Shown: piece after piece, positions 20,796 to 31,034 of the stretch
Numbering within the stretch: the first letter of the stretch is position 1
Layout of the letters: each line of letters opens with the position of its first letter
DNA from: an uncultured cyanobacterium
GTDB taxonomy: Bacteria; Cyanobacteriota; Cyanobacteriia; Cyanobacteriales; CAWUOF01
Assembly: GCA_963744145.1 (NCBI GenBank)
Contig: CAVUSO010000001.1
Location: forward strand, 448,001-512,000
Direction of reading: 5' to 3'
DNA length: 64,000 nucleotides
Notes under the pieces: generated by a model
What the model was told of the DNA's origin: nothing
The model's database searches: none
Seen by the model: the letters and a program-made list of their open reading frames with translations, nothing else
Translations under genes and position numbers: made by a program

Positions 20796-21437
20796 TTATT
20801 TGAGAGTATCTTTCAGAACAGTTCTAGCAGCTAAATGATTACGAGTATCCGTCAAGATTTTCGCTTCACGCTCTAGTCTGAGAAAAGTATCTTCCATTTC
20901 TAACAGATATTGTTGTTCTGTCGGTACACCATAAAGATTACTTGCTACCCAGTAAGATAACTCAATCGGTAAAGAAGGTATATCTTCTGGGAGTTCAATC
21001 GTCTGATCAGTTAATTTAGCCGAGAGACGTACCACATCTTCCAACAATTGCTTAACCTCTGTAGCTAGAGGTCGGAGGTTTTGAGGGGAAGATTGGTCAG
21101 AAATCCATTCTACCAAACCAACTAGATAGGGCTTTTCTCGGACTGGTTCGAGCAAGCGAAATCGCTGTTGTCCTAAAGTTAACATCTTCATCCGGTCATC
21201 GGGTAACCGTTGACAGTGAACTATTTCTGCACAACAACCAACTGTTGCGGGCTTACCTTGCATCGGGTCCCACATTAACACCCCAAAACGGCGATCGCTT
21301 TCCAGGATCGTGTTCATCATGATCCGGTAACGAAATTCAAAAATATGTAGCGGTAGCGGTCTACCTGGAAACAACACAACTTCCGGGAGTGGAAATAAGG
21401 GAAGTTCTTGAACAGCGACGGAAGAAGAGGATGCCAT
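20796..21437 (-). CDS. Lon peptidase N-terminal (substrate-binding) domain protein
   Basis: ELPLFPLPEVVLFPGRPLPLHIFEFRYR motif. Confidence 0.93.
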   Translation of the reverse strand: MASSSSVAVQELPLFPLPEVVLFPGRPLPLHIFEFRYRIMMNTILESDRRFGVLMWDPMQGKPATVGCCAEIVHCQRLPDDRMKMLTLGQQRFRLLEPVREKPYLVGLVEWISDQSSPQNLRPLATEVKQLLEDVVRLSAKLTDQTIELPEDIPSLPIELSYWVASNLYGVPTEQQYLLEMEDTFLRLEREAKILTDTRNHLAARTVLKDTLK

Positions 21438-21532
21438 CGTCCCCCAATTAAAGATAAGTGGGCTTCTATACCTACTTTAACCTGATTTTGACACAACTCC
21501 AACATCAGTCAAGATAACTTTTGCTTATTTAT

Positions 21533-22462
21533 TTATTTATTTGGCGATAATTGCCAAATTTTCAGAGTATTATCTTTGCTGCCACTAGCAAGCAGTTGAC
21601 TATCGGGGCTGAAAGCCACACTGCTGACATAGTCGGAATGTCCTTCTAGAGTCCTCAGTAGTTCACCTGTGTGTAAATTCCACAATTTAATAGTCTTGTC
21701 CCAACTGCAACTAGCCAGAATTTGGCCATCTGGGCTAATTTTGACTTCAGGAATATTATCTAAATGTCCTTCTAGGGTATTTAGAAGTTCTCCTGTCTGG
21801 ACATTCCAAATTTTCACCGTTTGATCCGCACTACTACTAGCAATCATTTCCCCATCGGGACTGATCGCGATCGAGGTAATGCCCGAGGAATGTCCAGTTA
21901 GGGTATGTAAAGCCGTACCTGTTTGTAAGTTCCATAACTTAATCGTTTCATCTTTACTCCCACTCGCGAGCATTTCCCCATCGGGACTAATCGCCACCGT
22001 TACACCCCAACGGGAATGACCATCAAAAGTCCGCACTAAATCCCCTGTGTTTAAGTCCCACAGCTTAATCCGATTTTGATGACCACTACTGGCTAATAGG
22101 GGCGATCGCGGTGCTAGGGCCACCGAAAAAATGCCTCGGGAACGAGCATCAATGGTCTGACGTACCTGACCATTCTGGAGGTTCCAGATTTGGATTTTAT
22201 TATCTAACCCACCACTGGCTAAAGTTTGGCCATCATCGCTCATGGCGATTGTCCAAATTTCGGCTGAATGACCTTTAATGGTACGAATCAATTCACCGTT
22301 GGGTAGACTCCAAAACATGATGGTTCCACCAACACTACCCACAAACGTTTGACCATCTGGGCTGATGGCAACGGATCTGACCCAGGATGGAAAACTTAAG
22401 TCCCCTGGAATGCTATGTAGTAGTTGAGCATTTTGCCAAGAATCGGGAAACGGTACGCTCAT
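21533..22462 (-). CDS. WD40-repeat protein
   Basis: About seven repeats of GH...VAISPDG..LASGS.D.TIKLW. Confidence 0.95.
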   Translation of the reverse strand: MSVPFPDSWQNAQLLHSIPGDLSFPSWVRSVAISPDGQTFVGSVGGTIMFWSLPNGELIRTIKGHSAEIWTIAMSDDGQTLASGGLDNKIQIWNLQNGQVRQTIDARSRGIFSVALAPRSPLLASSGHQNRIKLWDLNTGDLVRTFDGHSRWGVTVAISPDGEMLASGSKDETIKLWNLQTGTALHTLTGHSSGITSIAISPDGEMIASSSADQTVKIWNVQTGELLNTLEGHLDNIPEVKISPDGQILASCSWDKTIKLWNLHTGELLRTLEGHSDYVSSVAFSPDSQLLASGSKDNTLKIWQLSPNK

Positions 22463-22856
22463 ATATTGGTCAATTTATTGGCGAAACTTCTGCTATCTTC
22501 ACCGGATTTAGACTAACGTTCCTACTTTCCTGGCGATCGGCCAAGTTTTGAGGTAGTTTTGGCGCTAGTAATAAGTATAATTGCGCTCTAGACCGATTTG
22601 ACTATCTAATCCCGCTAGTTATTCTATAATAAGCTGATCATGATTTAATTTAGATATTGGGTAAATTTAGTCAGACTTGCCCCACTGTTCTCTGCATGAC
22701 TGAGCGCCATTCCAGTCTGTCCCCTGGTAATTAGGGACTCAAGTGAGTTTAAAGTTTAACTCCAAAACTAAAAAAGTGAAAAAGTGAAAAGTAAAAACAA
22801 AATAAAATCTTGCTGATTGACTTTTCACTATTTCTAATTTTATGAGCTAATTACTT

Positions 22857-23975
22857 TTAGCCAATTCCATCAATCAACGGATGAAAGAAAAATGCTAACC
22901 CCAAAACCATATAAGCTGCTAACAATAAAATCCCTTCGAGCCAATCAGAACGACCATCAGAACTAACCGAATTAGCAATTAATACAGCAACTGCTACACC
23001 TACTAATTCAAAGGGATTAAAATCAAGATTCATCGGTTGCCCAATGACCCAACCAATTAAAACTAAAACTGGGGCAACAAATAAAGCTATTTGCAAACTA
23101 GAACCAACCGAGACCGAAACAGACAGATCCATTTTATTTTTCATTGCTACTGTCACTGCTGTTGCGTGTTCAGCTGCATTGCCAATAATTGGTACTAGAA
23201 TCACCCCTGTAAATAGGGTGGTCAGCCCCAAATTAGCCGTCGCGACTTCTAGACTATCTACTAATAACTCAGATTCAAATGCTACAGCAATTGTGGCAAC
23301 TAATAACACCGTCAGCCAAAGTGGTAGATTAACTTTAGTTTCATGCTGTTCTGCGATCGGAGTAGTTTGATCTGATTCCTCGGAGTTGTTTTCTGCCACC
23401 CCCACATCATAAAGATAGCTGTGAGTCTTCATCGAGAATAGCAGAGTCAATCCATAAACAATGATTAATACCACTGCTACTGCACTAGATAGAGTTTGCA
23501 TCGTGGCCGAAGTAATCCCCTTTGATGTTACATCGACAGCGGTAGGGATTAACATAGCAATTACTGCTAAATTCATCGAGGAAGCATTGGTTCGGGCGAT
23601 GATTGATTGGAATGTTTGTTCTTTGTAACGCAATCCCCCCAAAAACATTGACAAGCCCATCACTAGCAGTAAATTACCGATAATTGAACCAGTGATACTA
23701 GCTTTTACCACATCAACTAAACCATTTTGCAAAGCGATAATACCGATAATTAGTTCAGTCGCATTCCCAAAAGTCGCATTCAACAGACCTCCGAAAGAAG
23801 GACCAAGGACAACCGCAATTTCTTCCGTTGCCGTGCCCATCCAAGCGGCAAGGGGAACGATCGCTAAAGCAGATGTAATAAAGATCACTGACGATCCCCA
23901 CTCCAAAAAGTGGGCGGCAATGGAGATCGGGATAAACACTAATAAGGTTGATAAGATGTTTTTTGTGTTGAGCAT
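22857..23975 (-). CDS. cax: Ca2+/H+ antiporter
   Basis: GGLLNATFGNATE and GNAAEH alpha-repeat motifs. Confidence 0.95.
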   Translation of the reverse strand: MLNTKNILSTLLVFIPISIAAHFLEWGSSVIFITSALAIVPLAAWMGTATEEIAVVLGPSFGGLLNATFGNATELIIGIIALQNGLVDVVKASITGSIIGNLLLVMGLSMFLGGLRYKEQTFQSIIARTNASSMNLAVIAMLIPTAVDVTSKGITSATMQTLSSAVAVVLIIVYGLTLLFSMKTHSYLYDVGVAENNSEESDQTTPIAEQHETKVNLPLWLTVLLVATIAVAFESELLVDSLEVATANLGLTTLFTGVILVPIIGNAAEHATAVTVAMKNKMDLSVSVSVGSSLQIALFVAPVLVLIGWVIGQPMNLDFNPFELVGVAVAVLIANSVSSDGRSDWLEGILLLAAYMVLGLAFFFHPLIDGIG

Positions 23976-24276
23976 CTAGGTCAAAAATCTGTTCCTTCAG
24001 ATCAGGTGGCCGGCATAAAGTTAATTTTAGCTCATTTTTGTCAGACCAGATCTTCTTGATCAATATCGGTTTCATCATCAATTATTGATTGGTAGGAGCT
24101 AATTTTTAGTTGACTTGAATTAAATTTGGCGATCGCGTGCTATTTTAGTCTAGGATTGCTCACATTATGATCGAGAATAAATAGTTAACCGATGTTGATC
24201 ATTTGATAAGATGCAAAGAAGATTTTAATCATGTCATCGATCTGGCTAATTTTGGAAGATTTTTGGATGTAATTGC

Positions 24277-27018
24277 ATGGCTTCTCCTCTTGATTCCCAG
24301 TCTTCAGAATCTGCCAATCTGGCAGGATTTTCTCATCAGAATGAAAGTAATAACGCTCACCTAGACCAAAATAATTTCAACCGGGAAAACGATCCTCGGT
24401 TCAAAGCCAGTGGCGTTTATATTACAGTTCATGGACATTTCTATCAACCACCCAGAGAAAATCCTTATCTTGATGCAATTGAACGTCAGCCCAGTGCGGC
24501 TCCTTTTCATGACTGGAATGAACGGATTCATCATGAGTGTTATCGTCCCAATGCTTTTGCCCGGGTGTTCAATGACCAAGGTGAAATAGTCGGGATTGTA
24601 AATAATTATGAATATTTGAGTTTTAATATCGGTCCGACTCTGATGTCTTGGCTAGAACGTCACGATCGCGAAACTTATGACAGAATTTTGGCAGGAGATC
24701 GTTCCAGTGGCGATCGCCTCAATGGTCATGGTAATGCGATCGCTCAGGTTTATAATCATACCATCATGCCTCTGGCCAATGAGCGCGATAAATATACTCA
24801 AATTCGCTGGGGAGTGGCAGACTTTCGCTCCCGTTTTGGTCGGGAACCAGAAGGAATGTGGTTAGCAGAAACGGCTGTAGATTATGCCACTCTAGCCGTA
24901 TTAATTAAGGAAGGGATTAAGTTTATTATCCTGGCACCCTCTCAAGCCCAACGCTGTAGAACTCGATCTCATCTAGAAGTGACTCAATGGCACGAAGTTG
25001 GTGGTGGTCAAATTGATCCAACTCGTCCTTACCGCTGTTTTTTAAAGCCCAATTTGAACGTTTTAGGTGGTGGGGAAATCTTACCAGCTAGTAGTGACCC
25101 TCCTGCATCCCAGACTCCCTACATCGATATCTTTTTTTATGATGGACCGATATCAAGGGATATGGGCTTCAACGATGTGCTGCAAAGTTCCTATAATTTG
25201 AGCAGACGCTTAGGTTTGGCAATTCATGGAGATCATCGTCCTAGTCAACTCCTGTCTGTCGCTACTGATGGAGAAACCTTTGGACACCATAAAAATGGTA
25301 CAGAAAAATGTCTCGCTTATGCTTTTACCCAGGAATTTCCTCACCAGGGTTGGACGGTAACTAATTATGCCCATTATCTCAGCCTATGTCCACCCACTTG
25401 GGAAGTCGAACTAAAACCAGTCACAGCTTGGAGTTGTAGTCATGGAGTCGATCGCTGGCAAGATGATTGTGGTTGTGCTAGTGGTGGTGGTTGGCACCAA
25501 AAATGGCGTCGTCCCTTACGTGATGCCCTAAATTGGTTGCGCGATCGGTTGATTTTGGTGTATGAAGACTTCGGGCAACGCTGTTTTCACGATCCTTGGG
25601 CTGCCAGAGATGGGTATATTCAAGTGATTCGCGATCGCCGACCTGAGCAGGTAGAGCATTTTTTCCAAGAGTATCAAAACCATGAACTCACCCCAGCCGA
25701 AAAAGTTGATGCTTTGCTTTTGCTAGAAATGCAGCGTCATGCGCTCTTGATGTTCACCAGTTGTGGGTGGTTTTTTGAAGAAATTTCTCGTCCCGAAGGA
25801 GTCCAAATTCTCCGTTATGCAGCCCATGCTTTGGAATTAGCTAGAGAGCTTGCTGGGGTTGATTTAGAAGCAGAATTTATCAAACTGCTAGCTCTAGCTC
25901 CGAGTAATCTAGACTCTTTCAAAACTGGGGATGAAGTATATCGACAAATGGTGGTGACTGCTCAGATTAATTTCCTCCAAGTAGCAGCTCACTACGCCAT
26001 TAGTTCTCTGTTTACTAGCTACACAGAAATTTACCGCGTCTATTGTTATGAAGTCCAGCAATTAGATTACCAATTACAACGAATGGGATCTTTAACTTTA
26101 GCCGTTGGTCAATTAAATCTGATTTCAGAAATTACGCGGGAAAAAAGACATTTTGTATTTGCTGTTCTCCATTTAGGAGGTTGGGATTTTCACTGTTGTA
26201 TTAAGCCCTTTGCTGGCGATATTACTTATGTAGAAATGAAAAAATATTTATTTTCTGCTCTGCAAGAAGCTAGTGCGGCTGCGGCGATTTTGAGGATGGT
26301 AAATTTGTTCGGAGACCAGTCTTTTAGTTTACGGGATTTGTTTGCCGAAGAACGTCATCGAATTATGCGTTTGCTTAGTGGTGAAACCTTGACTCGATTA
26401 GATCAATTATATACCCAGGTTTATCGAGATAATTATGGAGTAATCATGGCATTCCATCGCGATGAATTACCAGTACCACAAGAGTTACAAGTAGCTGTAG
26501 AAGTAGCTCTCCAACATCGCTGTCTTACTACAGTCCGCACCTTAGCCCAGGAAATTAATGATGGTGGTTTAGGTTTGAGTCAGATCGGTGAATTAGAAGC
26601 GATCGGGACGGAAGCTAAACATCTGCGCTGTCAATTAAATATTCCTGAAGCTAAACAAATTCTAGCCGAGCTAATTGTGCGATCGCTTGATGCTTTGCTG
26701 CATCGTAGCACTGCGGCTACTTTCACGGCTAATTTTCACCAGATCGAACGGATGATTAGCATTGGTAATCAATTAAATCTCGCGCTAATTTTAGATCGAG
26801 CCCAAGAACTTTATTGGTATTATTTGACTGAGAAAATTTGGCCTTTATTATGCCAAAATCATGGTAAATCTTGGTTGGAAGTTAATCATTCTCCCTTAGG
26901 GCAATTAGCTCCTAAGTTATGGACTTATGATGAATTACGTCTGCTTTTGCAATTAGGTAAGCAACTGAGTGTCCAGGTCAATCAATATCTCGAAAAATTA
27001 ACAGAAGAAAACATCTAA
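24277..27018 (+). CDS. Glycoside hydrolase family 57 / DUF3536 protein
   Basis: HGHFYQPPRENP, GMWLAETA, ATDGETFGHH, WSCSHGVDRW and FTSCGWFF motifs. Confidence 0.92.
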   Translation: MASPLDSQSSESANLAGFSHQNESNNAHLDQNNFNRENDPRFKASGVYITVHGHFYQPPRENPYLDAIERQPSAAPFHDWNERIHHECYRPNAFARVFNDQGEIVGIVNNYEYLSFNIGPTLMSWLERHDRETYDRILAGDRSSGDRLNGHGNAIAQVYNHTIMPLANERDKYTQIRWGVADFRSRFGREPEGMWLAETAVDYATLAVLIKEGIKFIILAPSQAQRCRTRSHLEVTQWHEVGGGQIDPTRPYRCFLKPNLNVLGGGEILPASSDPPASQTPYIDIFFYDGPISRDMGFNDVLQSSYNLSRRLGLAIHGDHRPSQLLSVATDGETFGHHKNGTEKCLAYAFTQEFPHQGWTVTNYAHYLSLCPPTWEVELKPVTAWSCSHGVDRWQDDCGCASGGGWHQKWRRPLRDALNWLRDRLILVYEDFGQRCFHDPWAARDGYIQVIRDRRPEQVEHFFQEYQNHELTPAEKVDALLLLEMQRHALLMFTSCGWFFEEISRPEGVQILRYAAHALELARELAGVDLEAEFIKLLALAPSNLDSFKTGDEVYRQMVVTAQINFLQVAAHYAISSLFTSYTEIYRVYCYEVQQLDYQLQRMGSLTLAVGQLNLISEITREKRHFVFAVLHLGGWDFHCCIKPFAGDITYVEMKKYLFSALQEASAAAAILRMVNLFGDQSFSLRDLFAEERHRIMRLLSGETLTRLDQLYTQVYRDNYGVIMAFHRDELPVPQELQVAVEVALQHRCLTTVRTLAQEINDGGLGLSQIGELEAIGTEAKHLRCQLNIPEAKQILAELIVRSLDALLHRSTAATFTANFHQIERMISIGNQLNLALILDRAQELYWYYLTEKIWPLLCQNHGKSWLEVNHSPLGQLAPKLWTYDELRLLLQLGKQLSVQVNQYLEKLTEENI

Positions 27019-27056
27019 ATCTCAGGGGCGTGATGGCGATCCGCCCCGCAGTTAAT

Positions 27057-27692
27057 TTAACTATTCATGGGATCAAAAATGATTTCTTGATGGGAGAATC
27101 TGTGGATATTGCTACTGCGGCTTTGCCCATTTTCAGCGATCGATTCAGCTGGGATAAAACTCAATTCTAAATCTAATCTCATTTCTGCGTGTTTCCACTC
27201 TTTACCAGGTTCAAGAAATTCCACTTGGGGAAAACCTAAACGACTGGGTTGAATTAAATCAGTAGTTTCACTACAAGCAGATTGCAGTTCTTCTTTGAGT
27301 TCACGAATTAAAGAGCCAACTTGACGAGGTTCGCGACAGATGAGATTAAGATCAGATTGAATGACGGCAGCATCAGGTAAAACATAATTGGGAGATTGCC
27401 AAGTTAAGCAATCGAGTTGGATCGGTCGGTCTTCAGAACGGATTTTAAATCCAATGATTGGTAATAAGCGGAGAGTACCGTAAGTCCATCCCCCATTAGG
27501 TTGAATTGCTCTACCTTTCGTGCCATCGATTAAACATTTAACATCGTAAGAAATTCTCGTCACCGACCACAGAAGAATTGACAACAACTCTTCAAGTAAA
27601 AAAGTCTGTCGCCAAAATTTGTGGCTAGGTAGCTTAATTAATGTGTCACTGGTGAGGAAAGAAGTCTGGGTAATCCCTGTAGATTCGGCCAT
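27057..27692 (-). CDS. Hypothetical protein with two KGK-like segments
   Basis: AIQPNGGWTYGTLRL and FLEPGKEWKHAEMRLDLELSFIP resemble the cyanobacterial KGK motif. Confidence 0.5.
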   Translation of the reverse strand: MAESTGITQTSFLTSDTLIKLPSHKFWRQTFLLEELLSILLWSVTRISYDVKCLIDGTKGRAIQPNGGWTYGTLRLLPIIGFKIRSEDRPIQLDCLTWQSPNYVLPDAAVIQSDLNLICREPRQVGSLIRELKEELQSACSETTDLIQPSRLGFPQVEFLEPGKEWKHAEMRLDLELSFIPAESIAENGQSRSSNIHRFSHQEIIFDPMNS

Positions 27693-27753
27693 TGGTAAAA
27701 CTAATAGTGTTTATCCTCTAAGATATCTCTGAAATGGAGATTTAATCAAGTTT

Positions 27754-27843
27754 TTTTGTGGGACAGACATCTTGTCTGTCTAATTTTGTGGGACAGACAT
27801 CTTGTCTGTCTAATTTTGTGGGACAGACATCTTGTCTGTCTAA
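27754..27843. repeat. 3 x 30-bp perfect tandem repeat of a palindromic REP-like unit
   Basis: Unit TTTTGTGGGACAGACATCTTGTCTGTCTAA with internal inverted repeat GACAGACA/TGTCTGTC; no spacers. Confidence 0.95.
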
Positions 27844-28469
27844 TCTCGACACCAGATATATTCAGGGACAAAGCCCCCCTGATGTCCATGTTGCCAACCA
27901 TACCAGTCGCAGGTCAGATCATCATATTTGTTTTTATATTCATTAAAAAAACGAATTCGTTCTAGACGCAACTCCAAAAACTGCTCCTGACGGTATTCTT
28001 GCAGCCAGGAGCGTCGATCTCCGATGGGTTCGGTGAGAGATTTCCTCATCAAAAAAATCACGCCTTTAGCCGCATATTTATAAGCCATTTTCACAAATAA
28101 GTGAATAATCGATTTTCGGCTTTTTTTACCTGGAACCAGATATTGATAGCAAGGTGGATAGCTGATGACCCAATCAAAACCTCCCGTGGCGTATTCGAGC
28201 CATTGCCAAGATGCTTCCAGGGTCATATCGAAATGAAAGTCTGAGCATTGGTGGGGATCAATATCATTTGTAAAAACGTAGATTTGGTTAGAAAAATCTT
28301 GGATCACTTTAGCGATCGCATTATTACCACTAGCCGGATCTAAAATCACATCCCCTAATTCCAAAGGTAATCTGGGCAACAGTTCTGCCGTCGCCCATTC
28401 CGGACTGGGATAAGAATTGAACCATCGATAGGGCTGGCGCAGGTGTAATTGTTGGATTAATTGTGTCAT
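27840..28469 (-). CDS. Small phage-type DNA amino-methyltransferase-like protein with an altered catalytic motif
   Basis: SYPSPEWAT (YPTP-like), ILDPASG (motif I), NDID, and DWVISYPPC where NPPY/F is expected. Confidence 0.65.
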   Translation of the reverse strand: MTQLIQQLHLRQPYRWFNSYPSPEWATAELLPRLPLELGDVILDPASGNNAIAKVIQDFSNQIYVFTNDIDPHQCSDFHFDMTLEASWQWLEYATGGFDWVISYPPCYQYLVPGKKSRKSIIHLFVKMAYKYAAKGVIFLMRKSLTEPIGDRRSWLQEYRQEQFLELRLERIRFFNEYKNKYDDLTCDWYGWQHGHQGGFVPEYIWCRD

Positions 28470-28619
28470 AAATTTTTGTCTGCTTGAGAAAATATATGTT
28501 AACCGAATTAGTTTATGACCCCTAGGGAGGGGGTCACTTCCCTCTACCAGTATCGACCGACATATTTAAAAATCAAGCTGGAGTGAATCGGGAGTTTTTT
28601 TTCCGGATTTGCGTCAAAA

Positions 28620-28886
28620 ATGTTGAACAATATAAAGAGGGTGCATTGCGTCATGATTACAGGTCTGCTTTTAGAGAGTCTTACCCCTCCGCCTGCCCTA
28701 ATTCAGCTAGCCCCTAACCCTACTCAGCTTACAGCTCCAGGGTTACTTCTGGCCAAGCAATGTAAGGAAGTCAGTCGGTGGTATGCCTGGACACAATGCG
28801 GAACAAGCACATGTTGCAAGCTATACATTGCATGCTCGGACGGAACGGTAGTTACCCAATCAGTAGAAGCCTCCAACTGCAGTTAG
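28620..28886 (+). CDS. Small putative secreted cysteine-rich peptide
   Basis: Basic/hydrophobic N-terminus, Pro-rich linker, and a C-terminal 42 aa with six Cys. Confidence 0.55.
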   Translation: MLNNIKRVHCVMITGLLLESLTPPPALIQLAPNPTQLTAPGLLLAKQCKEVSRWYAWTQCGTSTCCKLYIACSDGTVVTQSVEASNCS

Positions 28887-28948
28887 AGGAACATCTACGC
28901 CAAGCTACCATCAAACTGATATCATCAGTAATACTGCTGGTAATTTTT

Positions 28949-29422
28949 ATGCCCAAAGATCAATCGCCCCAAACTCGGCTGACTGCTATATTGCAGGAAC
29001 AGCAGAGATTAGTGCTTGAACTAAAAGATGCCTCTCCCGGAAGGCAACTGCAAATTCAAGCTGAAATTGTCGCGCTCACCGAGGAGCAGTCAAAATTACT
29101 CCAGGAGGCTGGGCAAGTTACCTGTTTTATCTTTTCGAGTTCTAGTACCAGAGGAACTGGTTGGATTGAGGAAGAGCGTAACTATGATGGTGCGATTCGA
29201 CAATATCGTTATGGTTTCTATCGCAACGGTAAAAGTAATCGTCGCTATCTATCAAAGTTCCTTGTCCCTGATGTGCAACGGATGATTGCTGCCAAAGCTT
29301 CACCAGATGCCATTATAGAATTCCTAGATAAAGCAAAAATGCGGGATACCGCCACAACTTCTTTAGCTGGAGCTAATCTTTCTAAGCGTGATTCTAGAAA
29401 AGAGATTATTCGCGGAGTGTGA
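28949..29422 (+). CDS. Hypothetical protein (N-terminal coiled coil, basic C-terminal domain)
   Basis: Probable start ATG 28949 (MPKDQ...), which avoids overlap with 28620-28886. Contains GWIEE...YRYGFYRNGKSNRRYL. Confidence 0.6.
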   Translation: MPKDQSPQTRLTAILQEQQRLVLELKDASPGRQLQIQAEIVALTEEQSKLLQEAGQVTCFIFSSSSTRGTGWIEEERNYDGAIRQYRYGFYRNGKSNRRYLSKFLVPDVQRMIAAKASPDAIIEFLDKAKMRDTATTSLAGANLSKRDSRKEIIRGV

Positions 29423-29732
29423 ATAGCTTAAATATGACTTACTGAAGGTGAATAGTAGCGTATGGTTCGCACCGTCCATTTTTCTTGACCAAAGTAAGTT
29501 TTATGTCGCTATTTCAATCTCAAAGTGGCGCCTCAATCTGGCGTCTACTTTGTTGTGTCTAGGTTGATTATTGATTCAGCAAAAAGTTGATAGATTACTG
29601 ATGTTATTGGTGGCACAAATATCTTGTCCTGGTTCAGAGATTCTGAGTTCATCAGAGAATCATTACCAAACAGCAGAATTAATCAGCTTTCTCCCATTGA
29701 CTTTGCTGTTTTTCACTAAAAACTTTACTCAA

Positions 29733-31034
29733 TTACCTCACCTTTTGTCGAAAATTACGAGCTTTTTCAATACATTTACGAACAGATTGTTTTGATAGCT
29801 GTGATGAGTGTAGCTTCTCTTGTTGTTCACATCTACGTTGTAACTCTTGAAGCAATGGTGTTAGTTTTATTGGAGGAGGTGTTAGTTTTATTGGAGGACT
29901 TGAGTCATTAATGAAAATGGGAATTGCCTCATGAATATGAGCAATAAGTAACCAAGCCATTACAACTCTATCAGGTTTTTTACCCCAATCATCAAACAAG
30001 GGTTTATAAAGATGATAGTCAAGCCAATCAATTATTTGAGGATCTTTAAAAGAAACTGAATGAGTATTTAGAAAGTATTGCAAGTCTTTGAATAATAATT
30101 CCTCAATTGAATTTATTCGCTCACTCCAACGATCATCGGGTATCTTATAAGTTTCTTGGAAAGCCTCTATCTTTTCACCAAGAGATAAACCTGCTATTGG
30201 CTTAAGTTGTCCTAACTTTCCTGAGTAACAATGCTTACTAAGCAAAATTTCCAGAGAAGTCTGTTTTCCCAATCCAGGCTCCCGTTCCCAGTAAGGCATA
30301 AAAATATCCTCTACTCTGCGCCGAGTATCCTGAGTATTACGAGTAAGAGGGTCTTGTCCTTTTTTAATTCTCTGGTTACAAAAAAGACAATTTGGGACTA
30401 AGTTATATGGATGGCAGGCCAGATGTGGATATTTACTTTTAGGAAGATAATGATCTATATCTACATTTTCTATTTGACCGATCGGATTGATATCACACGC
30501 AGGACAGATAGACAGATCCTTATTTTCATCTTTGAATGCAGTCAAAAATTCTTTTGCTCCAAAGTAAGAAGGATTATTTCCTGAAAAAATATAAAGGGGA
30601 AAGCCAACATTTTTCTGCCTGGGTGTAGGGGTTTGTCGAAAAACTTCTTCATAAAAATTAATTAAGAACTTTTTGGCTGCTTTCTGCCAGGGTTCTCTGA
30701 TTTCGACAGGTTTAAATTCACTAATATTTTGCTTCAGTAGCCTGAATACTTCATAAGCTAGCTGTTTAAACCATTTTCGTTTCTTTGTACTAGAAGTAGG
30801 ATCTGTTGCAATTTCTTGGAGCAGTTTGAGCCTACCGTCAGGTGCTTGCCACACCCACTTAGCAATCTTTTCCCCTCTTCCTCGAAATCTAGGACATCGA
30901 TTGAGACGATTAGCACAGTCAGCTTGGTCTAGAGTCTGTCTAGAAACTGCATAAAATAACAGCCAAATCTGCAAAACTACCACATCTGTGAGCCGCTTAA
31001 GGGTTAGCTCTGGAAGACAAACTTTATGAATCAT
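29733..31034 (-). CDS. HNH endonuclease (PtuB-like zinc/HNH motif)
   Basis: CPACD...DIDHYLPKSKYPHLACHPYNLVPNCLFCNQRIK. Probable start ATG 31034 overlaps the ATPase TGA (ATGA). Confidence 0.85.
   Translation of the reverse strand: MIHKVCLPELTLKRLTDVVVLQIWLLFYAVSRQTLDQADCANRLNRCPRFRGRGEKIAKWVWQAPDGRLKLLQEIATDPTSSTKKRKWFKQLAYEVFRLLKQNISEFKPVEIREPWQKAAKKFLINFYEEVFRQTPTPRQKNVGFPLYIFSGNNPSYFGAKEFLTAFKDENKDLSICPACDINPIGQIENVDIDHYLPKSKYPHLACHPYNLVPNCLFCNQRIKKGQDPLTRNTQDTRRRVEDIFMPYWEREPGLGKQTSLEILLSKHCYSGKLGQLKPIAGLSLGEKIEAFQETYKIPDDRWSERINSIEELLFKDLQYFLNTHSVSFKDPQIIDWLDYHLYKPLFDDWGKKPDRVVMAWLLIAHIHEAIPIFINDSSPPIKLTPPPIKLTPLLQELQRRCEQQEKLHSSQLSKQSVRKCIEKARNFRQKVR

Noticed and set aside
22670-22740. 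GC-richer patch with a CAGACT/AGTCTG pairing, possible ncRNA
   Set aside because: Only a short stem and no family motif I can recognise; it would need an Rfam search.
27754-27843. CRISPR array
   Set aside because: The repeats are directly adjacent with no unique spacers, and there are no cas genes. ORFs 27756 and 27758 are just translations of the repeat.
29423-29732. hsdR remnant or tRNA attachment site downstream of the HNH gene
   Set aside because: Only very short minus-strand frames with no HsdR motifs. GGTTCGCACC at ~29464 does not extend into a cloverleaf.
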